From NCBI GenBank assembly GCA_026395965.1, contig JAPLXS010000012.1:115977-179976 (forward strand): a stretch of DNA of 64,000 bases. Reading direction: 5' to 3'. Both the position numbers and the translations under genes were made by a program. Origin of the DNA: Candidatus Nomurabacteria bacterium (GTDB taxonomy: Bacteria; Patescibacteriota; Minisyncoccia; Phycocordibacterales; UBA9973). The stretch's first letter is position 1, and the number at the start of each line of letters is the position of its first letter. Of this stretch, positions 19,605 to 29,715 are shown one piece after another. The notes under the pieces were generated by a model. It was not told the DNA's origin. It was given only the letters and a program-made list of their open reading frames with translations, and ran no database searches.

Positions 19605-20711
19605 TTAAAGTAATTTAATAATATCGTGGTAGGTTATCACAACCATAAGAATCATTAAAATACCAAAACCTACCATATTTATAGTATTTGCAATTTGTGG
19701 CTTTATTGGTGAACCTTTTATTTTTTCTATAAGCAAAAACAAAAGTCTTCCTCCATCTAGTGCTGGAAATGGAATTAGATTTATAACTGCAAGGTTAATA
19801 GATATAAGAGCTGTAAATGATAAAAGGTATATAAATCCAAATTTAGCTGCATCTCCTACAACCCCCACTATACCCACAGGACCAGTAAGTGATGACATAT
19901 TTCCTTGCCCAATGATTGCATTATGTATTAGATTATAAAATCCTAGTATGGTTGATACCATAATACTACAAGTTAATTTCAATCCCTCCCAGAAAGCTTT
20001 ATGTATTGGTAGTCTTAGAGTTCCTATTGTATCCATTGAAATACCTATCATTGCTACATCACTTTTGGTATTTATCTTTGGTGTTACAAGTATCTCTTTT
20101 GATTCTTTTCCTCTTACAATAGATACTTTTATTTCTTCATTTCCATGTTTTTTTATAAATGATTGTAATTCCTCAGATGAGAGATTTGATGGGGAAAATA
20201 AAACGGAATCGGCTTTAGTTACAAGTGAAGATATTTTATCTCCAACTTTTAGACCTCCTAGTGATGCAGGAGAATTTGTTAAAACACTTGTGATGGTTAG
20301 TGCTTGATTTTCAATAGTAGCACCAGCTGGTACTGAACCAAGTGAAGTAGGAAGACCCGACATAAAACCTACAGAGAGAAGCAACCATGCTACTAAAAAG
20401 TTCATAGTAACTCCAGCAAATAAAACTGCAGCTTGTATATATCTAGGTTTGTTTATAAAACTTCTTTTACTATCTGGTCCATTTAAAGACTCTTCATCTG
20501 GATTCTCTCCAAATATTTTTACATAACCACCTACTGGTAATAGATTGAAATTATATGTTGTTTCCCCTATTTTTTTACCAAAAAGTTTTGGTGGAAATCC
20601 AAAAGAAAATTCATCTACTCTTATTCCTGATTTTTTAGCAACTATAAAATGACCAAATTCATGAGAAACTACTAAAACAAGTAATATTGTAATAAAAATT
20701 ATTATACTCAT
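19605..20711 (-). CDS. rseP: RIP metalloprotease RseP (M50, with PDZ domain)
   Basis: HEFGH, LLPVGGYVKI, a PDZ region (SPA..GGLKVGDKI) and NLIPFPALDGG. Confidence 0.94.
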   Translation of the reverse strand: MSIIIFITILLVLVVSHEFGHFIVAKKSGIRVDEFSFGFPPKLFGKKIGETTYNFNLLPVGGYVKIFGENPDEESLNGPDSKRSFINKPRYIQAAVLFAGVTMNFLVAWLLLSVGFMSGLPTSLGSVPAGATIENQALTITSVLTNSPASLGGLKVGDKISSLVTKADSVLFSPSNLSSEELQSFIKKHGNEEIKVSIVRGKESKEILVTPKINTKSDVAMIGISMDTIGTLRLPIHKAFWEGLKLTCSIMVSTILGFYNLIHNAIIGQGNMSSLTGPVGIVGVVGDAAKFGFIYLLSFTALISINLAVINLIPFPALDGGRLLFLLIEKIKGSPIKPQIANTINMVGFGILMILMVVITYHDIIKLL

Positions 20712-20713
20712 AC

Positions 20714-21247
20714 TTAATTCATTATATCTATTTCTTTTTTAGCAAAAATAGCTTCTAGGTTATTATTTGATTCATCAACAGCTTTTTGTATATCATCTTT
20801 TCCGCGCTTTACTTCATCTTCAGAGAGATCAGTAAGTTTTTCCATTTCAGCTTGTCTTTCTTTTCTAACACTTATACGAGCATCTTCAAGCTTTTCTTTT
20901 AATACTTTTACAAGCTTAGAACGGTTTTCAGTAGTAAGCATTGGGAAAATAACGCGCACACCATCACTATCAGATACGATAGATAAGCCTAAATCAGCAG
21001 CACCTATAGCATTTTCTATTTCTTTTATCTGTTTTTTATCCCAAGGAGCCACTCTTAGAGTTTTTGTATCTTCAATAGTAATTGAAGCGATGTTTTTTAT
21101 AGGCATATGACTACCATAGCTTTCAACCATAACACTATCAAGAACAACAGGAGTAGCACGCCCTGTATGAACTTGTGAATACTCTTTACTTAACCATTCT
21201 TCTACTTTCTTTAGTTCAGTTTTAAAATTTTGTGTATTGTATGCCAT
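20714..21247 (-). CDS. frr: Ribosome recycling factor
   Basis: TGRATP..LD...VESYG, P.LT.E.R..LVK and EDARISVR. Confidence 0.95.
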   Translation of the reverse strand: MAYNTQNFKTELKKVEEWLSKEYSQVHTGRATPVVLDSVMVESYGSHMPIKNIASITIEDTKTLRVAPWDKKQIKEIENAIGAADLGLSIVSDSDGVRVIFPMLTTENRSKLVKVLKEKLEDARISVRKERQAEMEKLTDLSEDEVKRGKDDIQKAVDESNNNLEAIFAKKEIDIMN

Positions 21248-21367
21248 ATGTTGTGTTGTAAAAATGAAATAAATTATTTTATAAAAATGCCTAGCCGGTT
21301 TCCAAAAAAATTTGAAGAGGAAATACGAATAATTTTTTAGAATATAATTTATGTAATTTTTTATTAA

Positions 21368-21437
21368 TAATTCTTAATTCTTAATTCTTAATTCTTAATT
21401 CTTAATTCTTAATTCTTAATTCTTAATTCTTAATTCT
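21368..21437. repeat. Perfect heptamer tandem repeat (TAATTCT)x10
   Basis: Ten consecutive TAATTCT units counted directly, immediately downstream of the holB-like stop. Confidence 0.95.
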
Positions 21438-21442
21438 TATAA

Positions 21443-22144
21443 TTATACCACAAGAGCTAAGTGTTCTAAAATCATCTTAACAGCTGCTCCTGGTGTACTT
21501 AGATATTCACGACTTTTTTGTAATTCATTTAAGATAAATTTTATATTTTCATCATTTCTATTTTTCTTAAATTTTTCATAAAATACAATTTCTAATTCAT
21601 TTATAAATGACGTAGCATAAAATCTGAGTTGCCCACTATTTTCTTCATTTTTATTTTTCTTAATAATAGTTATAAGTGAGTTTACTCTATCACTAGGTGA
21701 AGAAGATATAAACAATAAAACATCTTTTTTTATATCTATATTATTATTTTGATATTCTTTTGTTTTAATAACATGTACTCTTGAGATAATAGTATCGCAC
21801 AATACAGAAACATCTGGAACAATAATAAAATAGTGTGTATTGATACCAGGCTCTTCAAGGATTTTCAAAAAAGTTTGTTCTGCTTCGCGGTTTATAAATT
21901 TGGTTGCAATAATACAAATCTTTTTGTTTTTAGTAATACCATTATTACTATTCCATTCTTTTATTTGACTTACATCTTTCATGGTAAATGATTCATATAC
22001 CTGACATAAAACATCTGGACTTTTACTTTCTACTTCCCCTTTAGATTCAAGATAACGAAGCAAAATATCACCCATTGTTTCTGGATTTCCTTCTATCACA
22101 TAACTATGATATAAATCTTTTGGTAAAAATTGTTCAAAATCCAT
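21443..22144 (-). CDS. DNA polymerase III delta-prime-like protein (truncated CPR form)
   Basis: HSYVIEG, REAEQTFLKILEEP and TIISR resemble the clamp-loader EAxNALLKxLEEP and TIxSR motifs. Confidence 0.7.
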   Translation of the reverse strand: MDFEQFLPKDLYHSYVIEGNPETMGDILLRYLESKGEVESKSPDVLCQVYESFTMKDVSQIKEWNSNNGITKNKKICIIATKFINREAEQTFLKILEEPGINTHYFIIVPDVSVLCDTIISRVHVIKTKEYQNNNIDIKKDVLLFISSSPSDRVNSLITIIKKNKNEENSGQLRFYATSFINELEIVFYEKFKKNRNDENIKFILNELQKSREYLSTPGAAVKMILEHLALVV

Positions 22145-22167
22145 AAATATAATTCTTAATTATTTTA

Positions 22168-23247
22168 TTATTGTACTCCAATTGGATAAATATCAGAAAG
22201 TTCTCCAGAATAATAAAATTCATACGCTATATCCCCAAAAGTATAGTCTACGTTATTTATATTTATTATTGATCCACCAATCTCTGGATTATCTTTTGGT
22301 ACAGAATAAAAGAAACCGAGATTGTAAAGGGTTGCCAATATCTCTGGACGCTCGTTTAAGTTGTATCCCTTCTTTTGCCATTGAGCTATAATCTCTTTCA
22401 TATATAAACCTGAATATAAGTAAGAGTAATATGGATATTTTGCATTTGTTATTCTACTTAATCTTTCAGAATCAACATCTACATTGGGAGGATAGTCTGC
22501 TACATGTTCCATATCAGGACCTAAATAAAATTCTGAATTTACATCTTTTAGATTACTTTCTATAGTAGCTACTGTTTTAGGTTTTAGACCAGCTATACCA
22601 AAAGATATCTGAGACAATGATGCTAATATTTTCATTGGTTCAAAATAACTTTTGAATATTTCGCGTTTACTATTATTAAAAAATCTAAATTGTTCACCTA
22701 TAACTCCACTCAATATAATTCGTGGAGATATACCAGAATCATGAGCAGCTCTTTTAATAGTTTCTTTGTCACGAGTAAATACTTCTTTCATCAAATTCCA
22801 TTGATCAGTGTCAGCCCAATAATATGCTGAAATAGGAATATTTAATTGTTGATTTAAATCACTTGAAGTCTTACATTTTTCTATAGACAAATTATAAAGA
22901 TAATCATTTTTAAAACGAAGAGAAGCCATTTCTATCATTTTATTCAAAAGCTCATCATTTGCTCCATTTGTCATAGTTTTAGATATATTTACAGAAGTTA
23001 AAGGAGCAAATTTACTAAGTACATTTATTTTACATATAATTTCTAGATTGCTATCTGTACTACTATTTTTTTGTGAATTTTTATTTACATTAAAATATGA
23101 ATTTCTTTCTGAAACAGACCCTTTTACATTTAACCATCCAAACTGCATTGAGATAAAAACAACAAAAAAAACAAATCCTGTGAGGGCAAACCCGAACAAC
23201 AAAACACGAACGGAATTTCGTTTAATTTTTTTAAAATTTATAGACAT
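22168..23247 (-). CDS. Membrane-anchored protein with probable lysozyme/SLT-like C-terminal domain
   Basis: N-terminal TM; AA...GISPRIILS.VIGE, SFGIAG and LATLYNLG resemble SLT motifs I-III. Confidence 0.45.
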   Translation of the reverse strand: MSINFKKIKRNSVRVLLFGFALTGFVFFVVFISMQFGWLNVKGSVSERNSYFNVNKNSQKNSSTDSNLEIICKINVLSKFAPLTSVNISKTMTNGANDELLNKMIEMASLRFKNDYLYNLSIEKCKTSSDLNQQLNIPISAYYWADTDQWNLMKEVFTRDKETIKRAAHDSGISPRIILSGVIGEQFRFFNNSKREIFKSYFEPMKILASLSQISFGIAGLKPKTVATIESNLKDVNSEFYLGPDMEHVADYPPNVDVDSERLSRITNAKYPYYSYLYSGLYMKEIIAQWQKKGYNLNERPEILATLYNLGFFYSVPKDNPEIGGSIININNVDYTFGDIAYEFYYSGELSDIYPIGVQ

Positions 23248-23248
23248 A

Positions 23249-24262
23249 TTATCTTTTACTTAAAATACTTTTTTTATAGGTTTCTAAATGATTCAATGCT
23301 TCTCCTGTACCTTTTACAACACATAACAAAGGTTCATCTGCTACGCGTGCCTTTACTCCAGTACGACGATATATCAAGTCTGCCAAATTTCTAATCTGTG
23401 ATGAACCACCTGTCATGATAATACCTCCATCTATAATATCTGCAGCAAGCTCTGGTGGAGTTTGAGACAGAACATCTTTAACAGCACCTATCATTGTACG
23501 AAGCTCTTTGTCTATAGCTCTTACTATTTCATTGGTTGATATTTGAGCTGTACGAGGTAAACCTTGTATAAAATCTCGGCCCTTGATAGTGATAGTTATT
23601 TCTTCTTCAAGTGGAACAGCAGCTCCAATTTTTACTTTTATAGCTTCTGCTGTTTTGTCTCCAATAGCTAGGTTGAAGGTTTTCTTTATATAGTCAGTAA
23701 TAGCTTGGTCTATCTTATCTCCTGCACATTTTACAGAAGTAGAAGCAACTATTCCACCTAAAGCAATTACGGCTACATCTGTAGTTCCTCCTCCAATATC
23801 CATAATCATATAGCCACGTGACTCTTGAATAGGTATACCTGCTCCTATAGCTGCCAATATGGGCTCTTTTACAACGTAAGCATTTTTTGCACCAGCTCTT
23901 ATTGCTGCTTCCACTACAGCTCTTCGTTCAGTCGAAGTTATTCCAGCAGGAACAGAAACCATAACATCAGGTTTAAATAAATTGTATTTACCCAGAGTTT
24001 TTGAAATAAAATACCGAAGCATTGCTTCTGTAACTCTATAGTCTGCAATAACACCATTTTTCATGGGACGATAGACTATAATATTATCGGGAGTTTTTCC
24101 TATCATATCCTTAGCCTCTAAACCAATAGCCAAAATAGTATTATCTTGTTCTGATACAGCAACTACAGAAGGTTCATTTAAAACAACCCCTTTTCCAGGA
24201 AGATATACTAGTGTATTTGCAGTACCTAAGTCTATGCCGAGTTTTTTAGAAAAAATAGCCAT
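23249..24262 (-). CDS. mreB: Rod shape-determining protein MreB/Mbl
   Basis: GIDLGTANT, EPSVVA, EP..AAIGAG, DIGGGTTD and TPPELAADI. Confidence 0.95.
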   Translation of the reverse strand: MAIFSKKLGIDLGTANTLVYLPGKGVVLNEPSVVAVSEQDNTILAIGLEAKDMIGKTPDNIIVYRPMKNGVIADYRVTEAMLRYFISKTLGKYNLFKPDVMVSVPAGITSTERRAVVEAAIRAGAKNAYVVKEPILAAIGAGIPIQESRGYMIMDIGGGTTDVAVIALGGIVASTSVKCAGDKIDQAITDYIKKTFNLAIGDKTAEAIKVKIGAAVPLEEEITITIKGRDFIQGLPRTAQISTNEIVRAIDKELRTMIGAVKDVLSQTPPELAADIIDGGIIMTGGSSQIRNLADLIYRRTGVKARVADEPLLCVVKGTGEALNHLETYKKSILSKR

Positions 24263-24360
24263 AATTTATATAAATAACATAGTTATCATAACACACAATT
24301 ATTGTTTTATAAAATAAATAAATTGTGTTTATTTTATACACTTATGGTACGATAATAAGT

Positions 24361-26310
24361 ATGTATATTGCTACTGTTATACCTCTTATAAAAGGACCGC
24401 AAAAAGAATATTTAACGTATTTTTCTATGACAGATATTCATGTTGGAAGTATCGTGTCAATTCCCATTCGTTCTAGAATTGTTGATGCTATTGTTATAAA
24501 TACAGAAGAAGCTAGAAATATAAAATCTGATATAAAAAAAGCAGAATACCAACTAAAAAAAATAATTAAAATAAAAGGAGAATCTCCATTTAATGGAAAT
24601 TTTTTTATTGCATGTCAAAAAATGAAAAATTATACAGTGAGCAACACTGGAACTATTATTAAAAATCTTTTACCTGCTGCATTTGTTGACAATATAAATC
24701 ATCTCGACAAAGCACAGGAATCAAACGAGCAATCGCCCAAAAATATAGCTCACGAAAAATTAATATTTCAAGCTACTCCATCTGACCGTTTAGCTTTTTA
24801 CAAAACTTTAATCCGTGAAGCATTTGCAAAAAAAGAATCTATTTTTATGTGTGTTCCAAATCATTATGATATAGACTACTACAGCAAAGAACTTACTCGA
24901 GGTATTGAGCAATACGTATTTACATTTCATTCTGATATGACAAAAAAAGCCTTGATAAATATGTATAATTCTGCGGTTAGTGCTACACACCCAGTACTTA
25001 TTATTGGTACTGGAATATTTCTATCTATTCCTCGCCATGACATTAAAACAATCATACTAGAACATGAAAGTTCTGATACATATAAACAAATAAGTAGACC
25101 TTATGTTGATATAAGAAGCTTCGCTGAAATATTATCATCAATTCAAAAAATTAAATTAATTTATGGAGACACATTGCTTCGACCTGAAACATTACATAGG
25201 CATGAAATAGGTGAATTTGGAGAAGTATCTTCCCCTTTATATCGTCTTCCTCTAACTGAAAATCAAACCGTAGTAGATATGAAAGATGAAGTTAGTGATA
25301 CCGGTAAGAAAATATTTACTAGTATCTCAGTTGCAACAAAAAAAATGATAGAGCAATCTATACTAGAAAATAAATCTGTTTTTTTATTTTCTGCTAGAAA
25401 AGGTTTAGCTCCTATAACTGTTTGTAATGATTGCAGTAATACCCTTTTATGTCCATCTTGTTCTACTCCAATAGTTTTATATGGAACAAGACAAATAGCA
25501 GCAAACAAATCAACTACTCCTCGCATATTTATGTGTAATAAATGTGGAAGAAAAGAAAAAACAGAGGTCAGCTGTCCAAAATGTTCAAGTTGGAATCTAA
25601 CACCACTAGGAATTGGAACAGACAAAGTATATGAGGAAATCAAAAATTTATTTCCAAAAACAAAAATTTATCAAATAGACAAAGAAGCTACAAGTACAAA
25701 TAAAGAAGCTCGCGATGCAATATCAGAATTTAATAAAAATCCAGGAAGTATTCTAATTGGTACGGAAATGGTTTTTTCATATTTACAAAATAAAGTTTCA
25801 AGTAGTGCGATTATTTCTCTTGATGGATTATTTTCAATTCCAAGTTTTAATATTACTCAAAAAATATTGCATATAATTGAAAAGCTACACAACATAACTA
25901 CAGATAATTTAATAATCCAAACTCGTATACCTGAAAATAAAATTTTACAAAACATACTTAGTGGCAATGTATTACCACTTTGTCGTGAAGATTTAAAAGA
26001 ACGCAAAGATTTTGGATATCCACCATTTAAAAGACTTATAAAAATTACATTTGAAGGTTCAGCTGATGAAACTGAAAAAGCAAGAAATTTTATTGAAAAA
26101 ACTCTTGGGGAGTACGAGCCACAGATATTTAGTGCATTTACTAGTAAAATAAAAGGTAAATACATAACAAATACTGTAATAAAGGTTGATCCTACAACAT
26201 GGCCGCTATTAGTCGACGAAAAACGACAGTTAGATCACAATCTACTGCAAAACCTTGCTCAACTTACTCCATCATTTTCAATAAATGTAGACCCAGAAGA
26301 CTTGCTATAG
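24361..26310 (+). CDS. priA: Primosomal protein N' (PriA) with degenerate helicase motifs
   Basis: N-terminal 3'-binding domain (LTYF...GSIVSIP), four CxxC pairs, G.GT..V.EE, ILIGT, IIQT and ER..FGYPPF; ATG at 24361 preferred. Confidence 0.85.
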   Translation: MYIATVIPLIKGPQKEYLTYFSMTDIHVGSIVSIPIRSRIVDAIVINTEEARNIKSDIKKAEYQLKKIIKIKGESPFNGNFFIACQKMKNYTVSNTGTIIKNLLPAAFVDNINHLDKAQESNEQSPKNIAHEKLIFQATPSDRLAFYKTLIREAFAKKESIFMCVPNHYDIDYYSKELTRGIEQYVFTFHSDMTKKALINMYNSAVSATHPVLIIGTGIFLSIPRHDIKTIILEHESSDTYKQISRPYVDIRSFAEILSSIQKIKLIYGDTLLRPETLHRHEIGEFGEVSSPLYRLPLTENQTVVDMKDEVSDTGKKIFTSISVATKKMIEQSILENKSVFLFSARKGLAPITVCNDCSNTLLCPSCSTPIVLYGTRQIAANKSTTPRIFMCNKCGRKEKTEVSCPKCSSWNLTPLGIGTDKVYEEIKNLFPKTKIYQIDKEATSTNKEARDAISEFNKNPGSILIGTEMVFSYLQNKVSSSAIISLDGLFSIPSFNITQKILHIIEKLHNITTDNLIIQTRIPENKILQNILSGNVLPLCREDLKERKDFGYPPFKRLIKITFEGSADETEKARNFIEKTLGEYEPQIFSAFTSKIKGKYITNTVIKVDPTTWPLLVDEKRQLDHNLLQNLAQLTPSFSINVDPEDLL

Positions 26311-26311
26311 A

Positions 26312-26353
26312 TAGGGGTCCAACCCCTATCTGACTTTAGGGGTTGGACCCCTA
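26312..26353. repeat. Perfect 17-bp inverted repeat with self-palindromic arms (REP-like)
   Basis: TAGGGGTCCAACCCCTA-tctgactt-TAGGGGTTGGACCCCTA directly after the priA stop. Confidence 0.85.
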
Positions 26354-26406
26354 AAATATAGCCCAGGGACTTGCTTCAAATAAAAAGGTGTGATAATATA
26401 TCAAAC

Positions 26407-26658
26407 ATGATTACCGTTATAGAAGTAAAGAAAAATGCAAACGAAAGCAATATGAATCTTATTCGCAGATTTACACGTAAAGTGCAAGAATCTGGAATTA
26501 TTCAGAAAGTTAAAAGTAAGCGTTACAATAAAAGAGCTGACTCTAAAATAAAAGTTAAAGTAGCTACTCTTAAAAGATTGACTCGTAAGAAAAATCTTGA
26601 AAAACTTATTAAACTTGGTAAAGCAACTAAATTCACTAAGAAAAGAGGTCATAAATAA
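26407..26658 (+). CDS. rpsU: 30S ribosomal protein S21-like (CPR form)
   Basis: IEVKK..NES..NLIRRFTRKVQESGI, very basic; ATG at 26407. Confidence 0.7.
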   Translation: MITVIEVKKNANESNMNLIRRFTRKVQESGIIQKVKSKRYNKRADSKIKVKVATLKRLTRKKNLEKLIKLGKATKFTKKRGHK

Positions 26659-26663
26659 AAATT

Positions 26664-27050
26664 ATGGTAGATATAGGTTTCTGTACTATTACAAATAAAA
26701 CAAAAGGCAAGCTTCCACGCTTGCCTTTTGTTTCGATTAAAAATAAAATACTTGGCCCTGAATACGAATTAGGTATGAGTATATTAACTCCTTTAAAACA
26801 GAAACAAATCAATTTTAAATATCGTGGTAAAAATGAAACAACAAATATCCTATCATTTCCACTTTCTGAAACATCTGGTGAAATAACTATTGACCCTATA
26901 AAAGTAAAGAAAGATGCTCCTCTTTTTGATATGAATTATACTCAATTTTTTAAATATTTATTTATCCACGGATTATTACATTTGAAAGGTTTTGAACATA
27001 GTAGTACAATGGAAAAAGAAGAAAAAAAATATCTTAAAATGTTTTCATAA
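26664..27050 (+). CDS. ybeY: rRNA maturation endoribonuclease YbeY
   Basis: N..YRGKN.TTNILSFP, GEI and HGLLHLKGFEH. Confidence 0.93.
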   Translation: MVDIGFCTITNKTKGKLPRLPFVSIKNKILGPEYELGMSILTPLKQKQINFKYRGKNETTNILSFPLSETSGEITIDPIKVKKDAPLFDMNYTQFFKYLFIHGLLHLKGFEHSSTMEKEEKKYLKMFS

Positions 27051-27113
27051 AATATTATATTTCTTACTTTTATAGTATACTTTAAAAAGTAGACACCATT
27101 ATTTTTATATAAA

Positions 27114-28289
27114 ATGAAAAACAATAATTATACTTGCGGCATAGATATAGGAACTCAGTCTACAAAAGTTGTAGTTATGGTTTTTGATAAGATAAAGAAA
27201 GAAAATATTATTGTAGCAACAGGAATATCTCCTACACTTGGTATGCGTTTCGGATACATTACAAATGTAGATACTGTAGCTGCGAGTATAAAAAAAGCAG
27301 TAGGACAAGCTGAAAACATCTTAGGGTTTAAAATCCGAAAAGCTTTTATTTCTGTTGGTGGAGTTAGTCTTAGCTCTGTTACATCAACAGGGTCAGTTAT
27401 GATTTCAAAAGCTGATCAAGAAATAACAAATCTAGATGTACAAAAAGTTTTAGCCAATAGTGAAGAAAACCTTGATATTGTAAACAAAAAAATAATTCAT
27501 ATTATTCCAATTGGATATAAACTTGACGGCAAAGAAATATACGCAAGACCAGAAGGGTTAAAAGGAATCAAATTAGAAGTAAAAACTCTTTTTATTACTT
27601 GTTTAAAACAAAATATAGAAGACCTTATAACGGCACTCACTTTAGCCAAAATAGATATTGAAGAAATAATAGCATCACCTTTTGCTACTGGAAATGTACT
27701 TGTAAACAACCAACAAAAAATTGCTGGTTGTGTTCTTGTAGATATAGGTGCTGAGACTGTATCTACTGTAGTCTTTGAAAATAGTCTACCATTATCAATA
27801 TCTGTGTTTCCTATAGGTAGCATGGACATAACAAAAGATATCGCATTAGGTCTAAGGCTTTCTCTCGAAGAGGCTGAGAGTATAAAGCTTGGTAGTGTTA
27901 CTGGCGGCGATTACTCAAAGAAAAAAGTAGATGAAATAATAGAAGCAAGATTAGGAGATATATTTGAACTTGTCGGAAACCAACTCAAAAGATTAAAACG
28001 CAATGAACTTCTTCCTGCTGGTATTATTATAACTGGTCATGGTTCTTCTACAAATAATATTTGTGAGATAGCTCGTACACAATTAAAACTTCCAGCTAAA
28101 ATAGGAGTAATAGATTCATCCTTAAACAATAAATTAAAAGTTCGTGACTCATCATGGTACACAGCACTTGGATTAGCACTTTCATCAAATAGTGAATCTT
28201 TTAATAATCAAGCAATCGATTCTATTGGTGTAAATATAAAAGAAATGAAAAGATTCTTTAAAGATATCCTAAAACAACTACTTCCTTAA
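27114..28289 (+). CDS. ftsA: Cell division protein FtsA
   Basis: GIDIGTQS, VDIGAET, ITKDIA.GL...EAE.IK and IIEARL.DIFE; upstream of ftsZ. Confidence 0.93.
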   Translation: MKNNNYTCGIDIGTQSTKVVVMVFDKIKKENIIVATGISPTLGMRFGYITNVDTVAASIKKAVGQAENILGFKIRKAFISVGGVSLSSVTSTGSVMISKADQEITNLDVQKVLANSEENLDIVNKKIIHIIPIGYKLDGKEIYARPEGLKGIKLEVKTLFITCLKQNIEDLITALTLAKIDIEEIIASPFATGNVLVNNQQKIAGCVLVDIGAETVSTVVFENSLPLSISVFPIGSMDITKDIALGLRLSLEEAESIKLGSVTGGDYSKKKVDEIIEARLGDIFELVGNQLKRLKRNELLPAGIIITGHGSSTNNICEIARTQLKLPAKIGVIDSSLNNKLKVRDSSWYTALGLALSSNSESFNNQAIDSIGVNIKEMKRFFKDILKQLLP

Positions 28290-28401
28290 GTATATAGTGA
28301 AACATAATAAAATCTAGTCAATATGTTCCCTTTTTATTAATTTCTGGTATTATGTATTTACATAAATTTATTATTAATGAAAGACTTTTGTCTACAAATA
28401 T

Positions 28402-29589
28402 ATGCCTAAATTAAACCCAGACATTGAATCATTCGCAAGAATTAAAGTTATCGGAATTGGTGGATCAGGAAAAAACGCTCTTAATCACATGATTAACTCC
28501 AAAGTCAGAGGAGTAGAATTTATAGTGATGAATACTGATACTCAAGATTTACATAATTCTTTGTCTGAAAAAAAGGTTCATCTAGGAAAAAATCTAACTA
28601 AAGGACTAGGTGCTGGTATGAATCCTGAAATAGGAAGACGTGCAGCAGAAGAAACAAAAGCTGAAATACAAGATGTAATAAAAGGAGCAGATATGGTATT
28701 TATCGCCTGTGGTATGGGTGGTGGTACAGGAACAGGAGCCGCTCCTATCGTTGCTCAAGCTGCGAAAGAACAAGGTATACTTACTGTTGCAGTTGTAACT
28801 AAGCCATTTTCATTTGAAGGAAACCAAAGAATGAAACTTGCTGATATGGGATTAGCTGAATTAGAAAAAGAAGTTGATGCTATTTTAGTTATTCCAAACG
28901 ACAGACTAATAATTATTTCTGGAAAAGACGTTGGATTTAGACAAGCATTCGCAATGTGTGATGAAGTACTAAAACAAGCTGTTGAAGGTATTTCTGAATT
29001 AATCACAACTCCAGGTATGATAAACGTAGACTTTGCAGATATAAAATCAGTAATGTCTGACGCAGGATCAGCTCTGATGGGAGTAGGTATTGCAGCTGGT
29101 GAAGGACGCGCTGAAAAGGCAGCTACTATGGCTATCAATTCCCCTCTTCTAGATCTTTCTATTTCTGGTGCTCGTGGAGTATTATTTGCCATATCGGGTG
29201 GAGACGACTTAACTATTCATGAAATACAAGATGCTGCAAAAATAATAACAGAATCTATAGATAAAGATGCAAAAGTTATTTTTGGAACAATTAAAGATGA
29301 AAAACTTAAAAAGGGAGAGATGAAAGTTACTGTTATAGCAACAGGATTTCCTACTGATATGCCAAAGCGTTCACTTTTCCAAATGGGCCAACATCAGAGT
29401 AGAATGCTTGAGCCAACAGTAGTAAATTCAACAAAAGAAGAGATTATACAAGTTGTAAAAAAAGAACTTCCTAAAAATGAATCTGATGATTATATAAAGA
29501 AAACAGAAAAAATCGAAGATGATTTATTTATAGACGATACAGATGACTGGAGTACAGTACCAGCATTTCTAAGAAGAAACAAAAAATAG
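28402..29589 (+). CDS. ftsZ: Cell division protein FtsZ
   Basis: GMGGGTGTG tubulin motif, INVDFAD and the C-terminal peptide VPAFLRR. Confidence 0.98.
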   Translation: MPKLNPDIESFARIKVIGIGGSGKNALNHMINSKVRGVEFIVMNTDTQDLHNSLSEKKVHLGKNLTKGLGAGMNPEIGRRAAEETKAEIQDVIKGADMVFIACGMGGGTGTGAAPIVAQAAKEQGILTVAVVTKPFSFEGNQRMKLADMGLAELEKEVDAILVIPNDRLIIISGKDVGFRQAFAMCDEVLKQAVEGISELITTPGMINVDFADIKSVMSDAGSALMGVGIAAGEGRAEKAATMAINSPLLDLSISGARGVLFAISGGDDLTIHEIQDAAKIITESIDKDAKVIFGTIKDEKLKKGEMKVTVIATGFPTDMPKRSLFQMGQHQSRMLEPTVVNSTKEEIIQVVKKELPKNESDDYIKKTEKIEDDLFIDDTDDWSTVPAFLRRNKK

Positions 29590-29715
29590 TAAACAAGAGC
29601 TAGCGACTAGCTTTAAATACTGTTATACTAAGAAAACTATAAACAAATGTTTATGGTTTTCTTTTATCAACCTTATTCTTTAGCTACTAATACTAGTTGC
29701 TAAATACATAATTAT

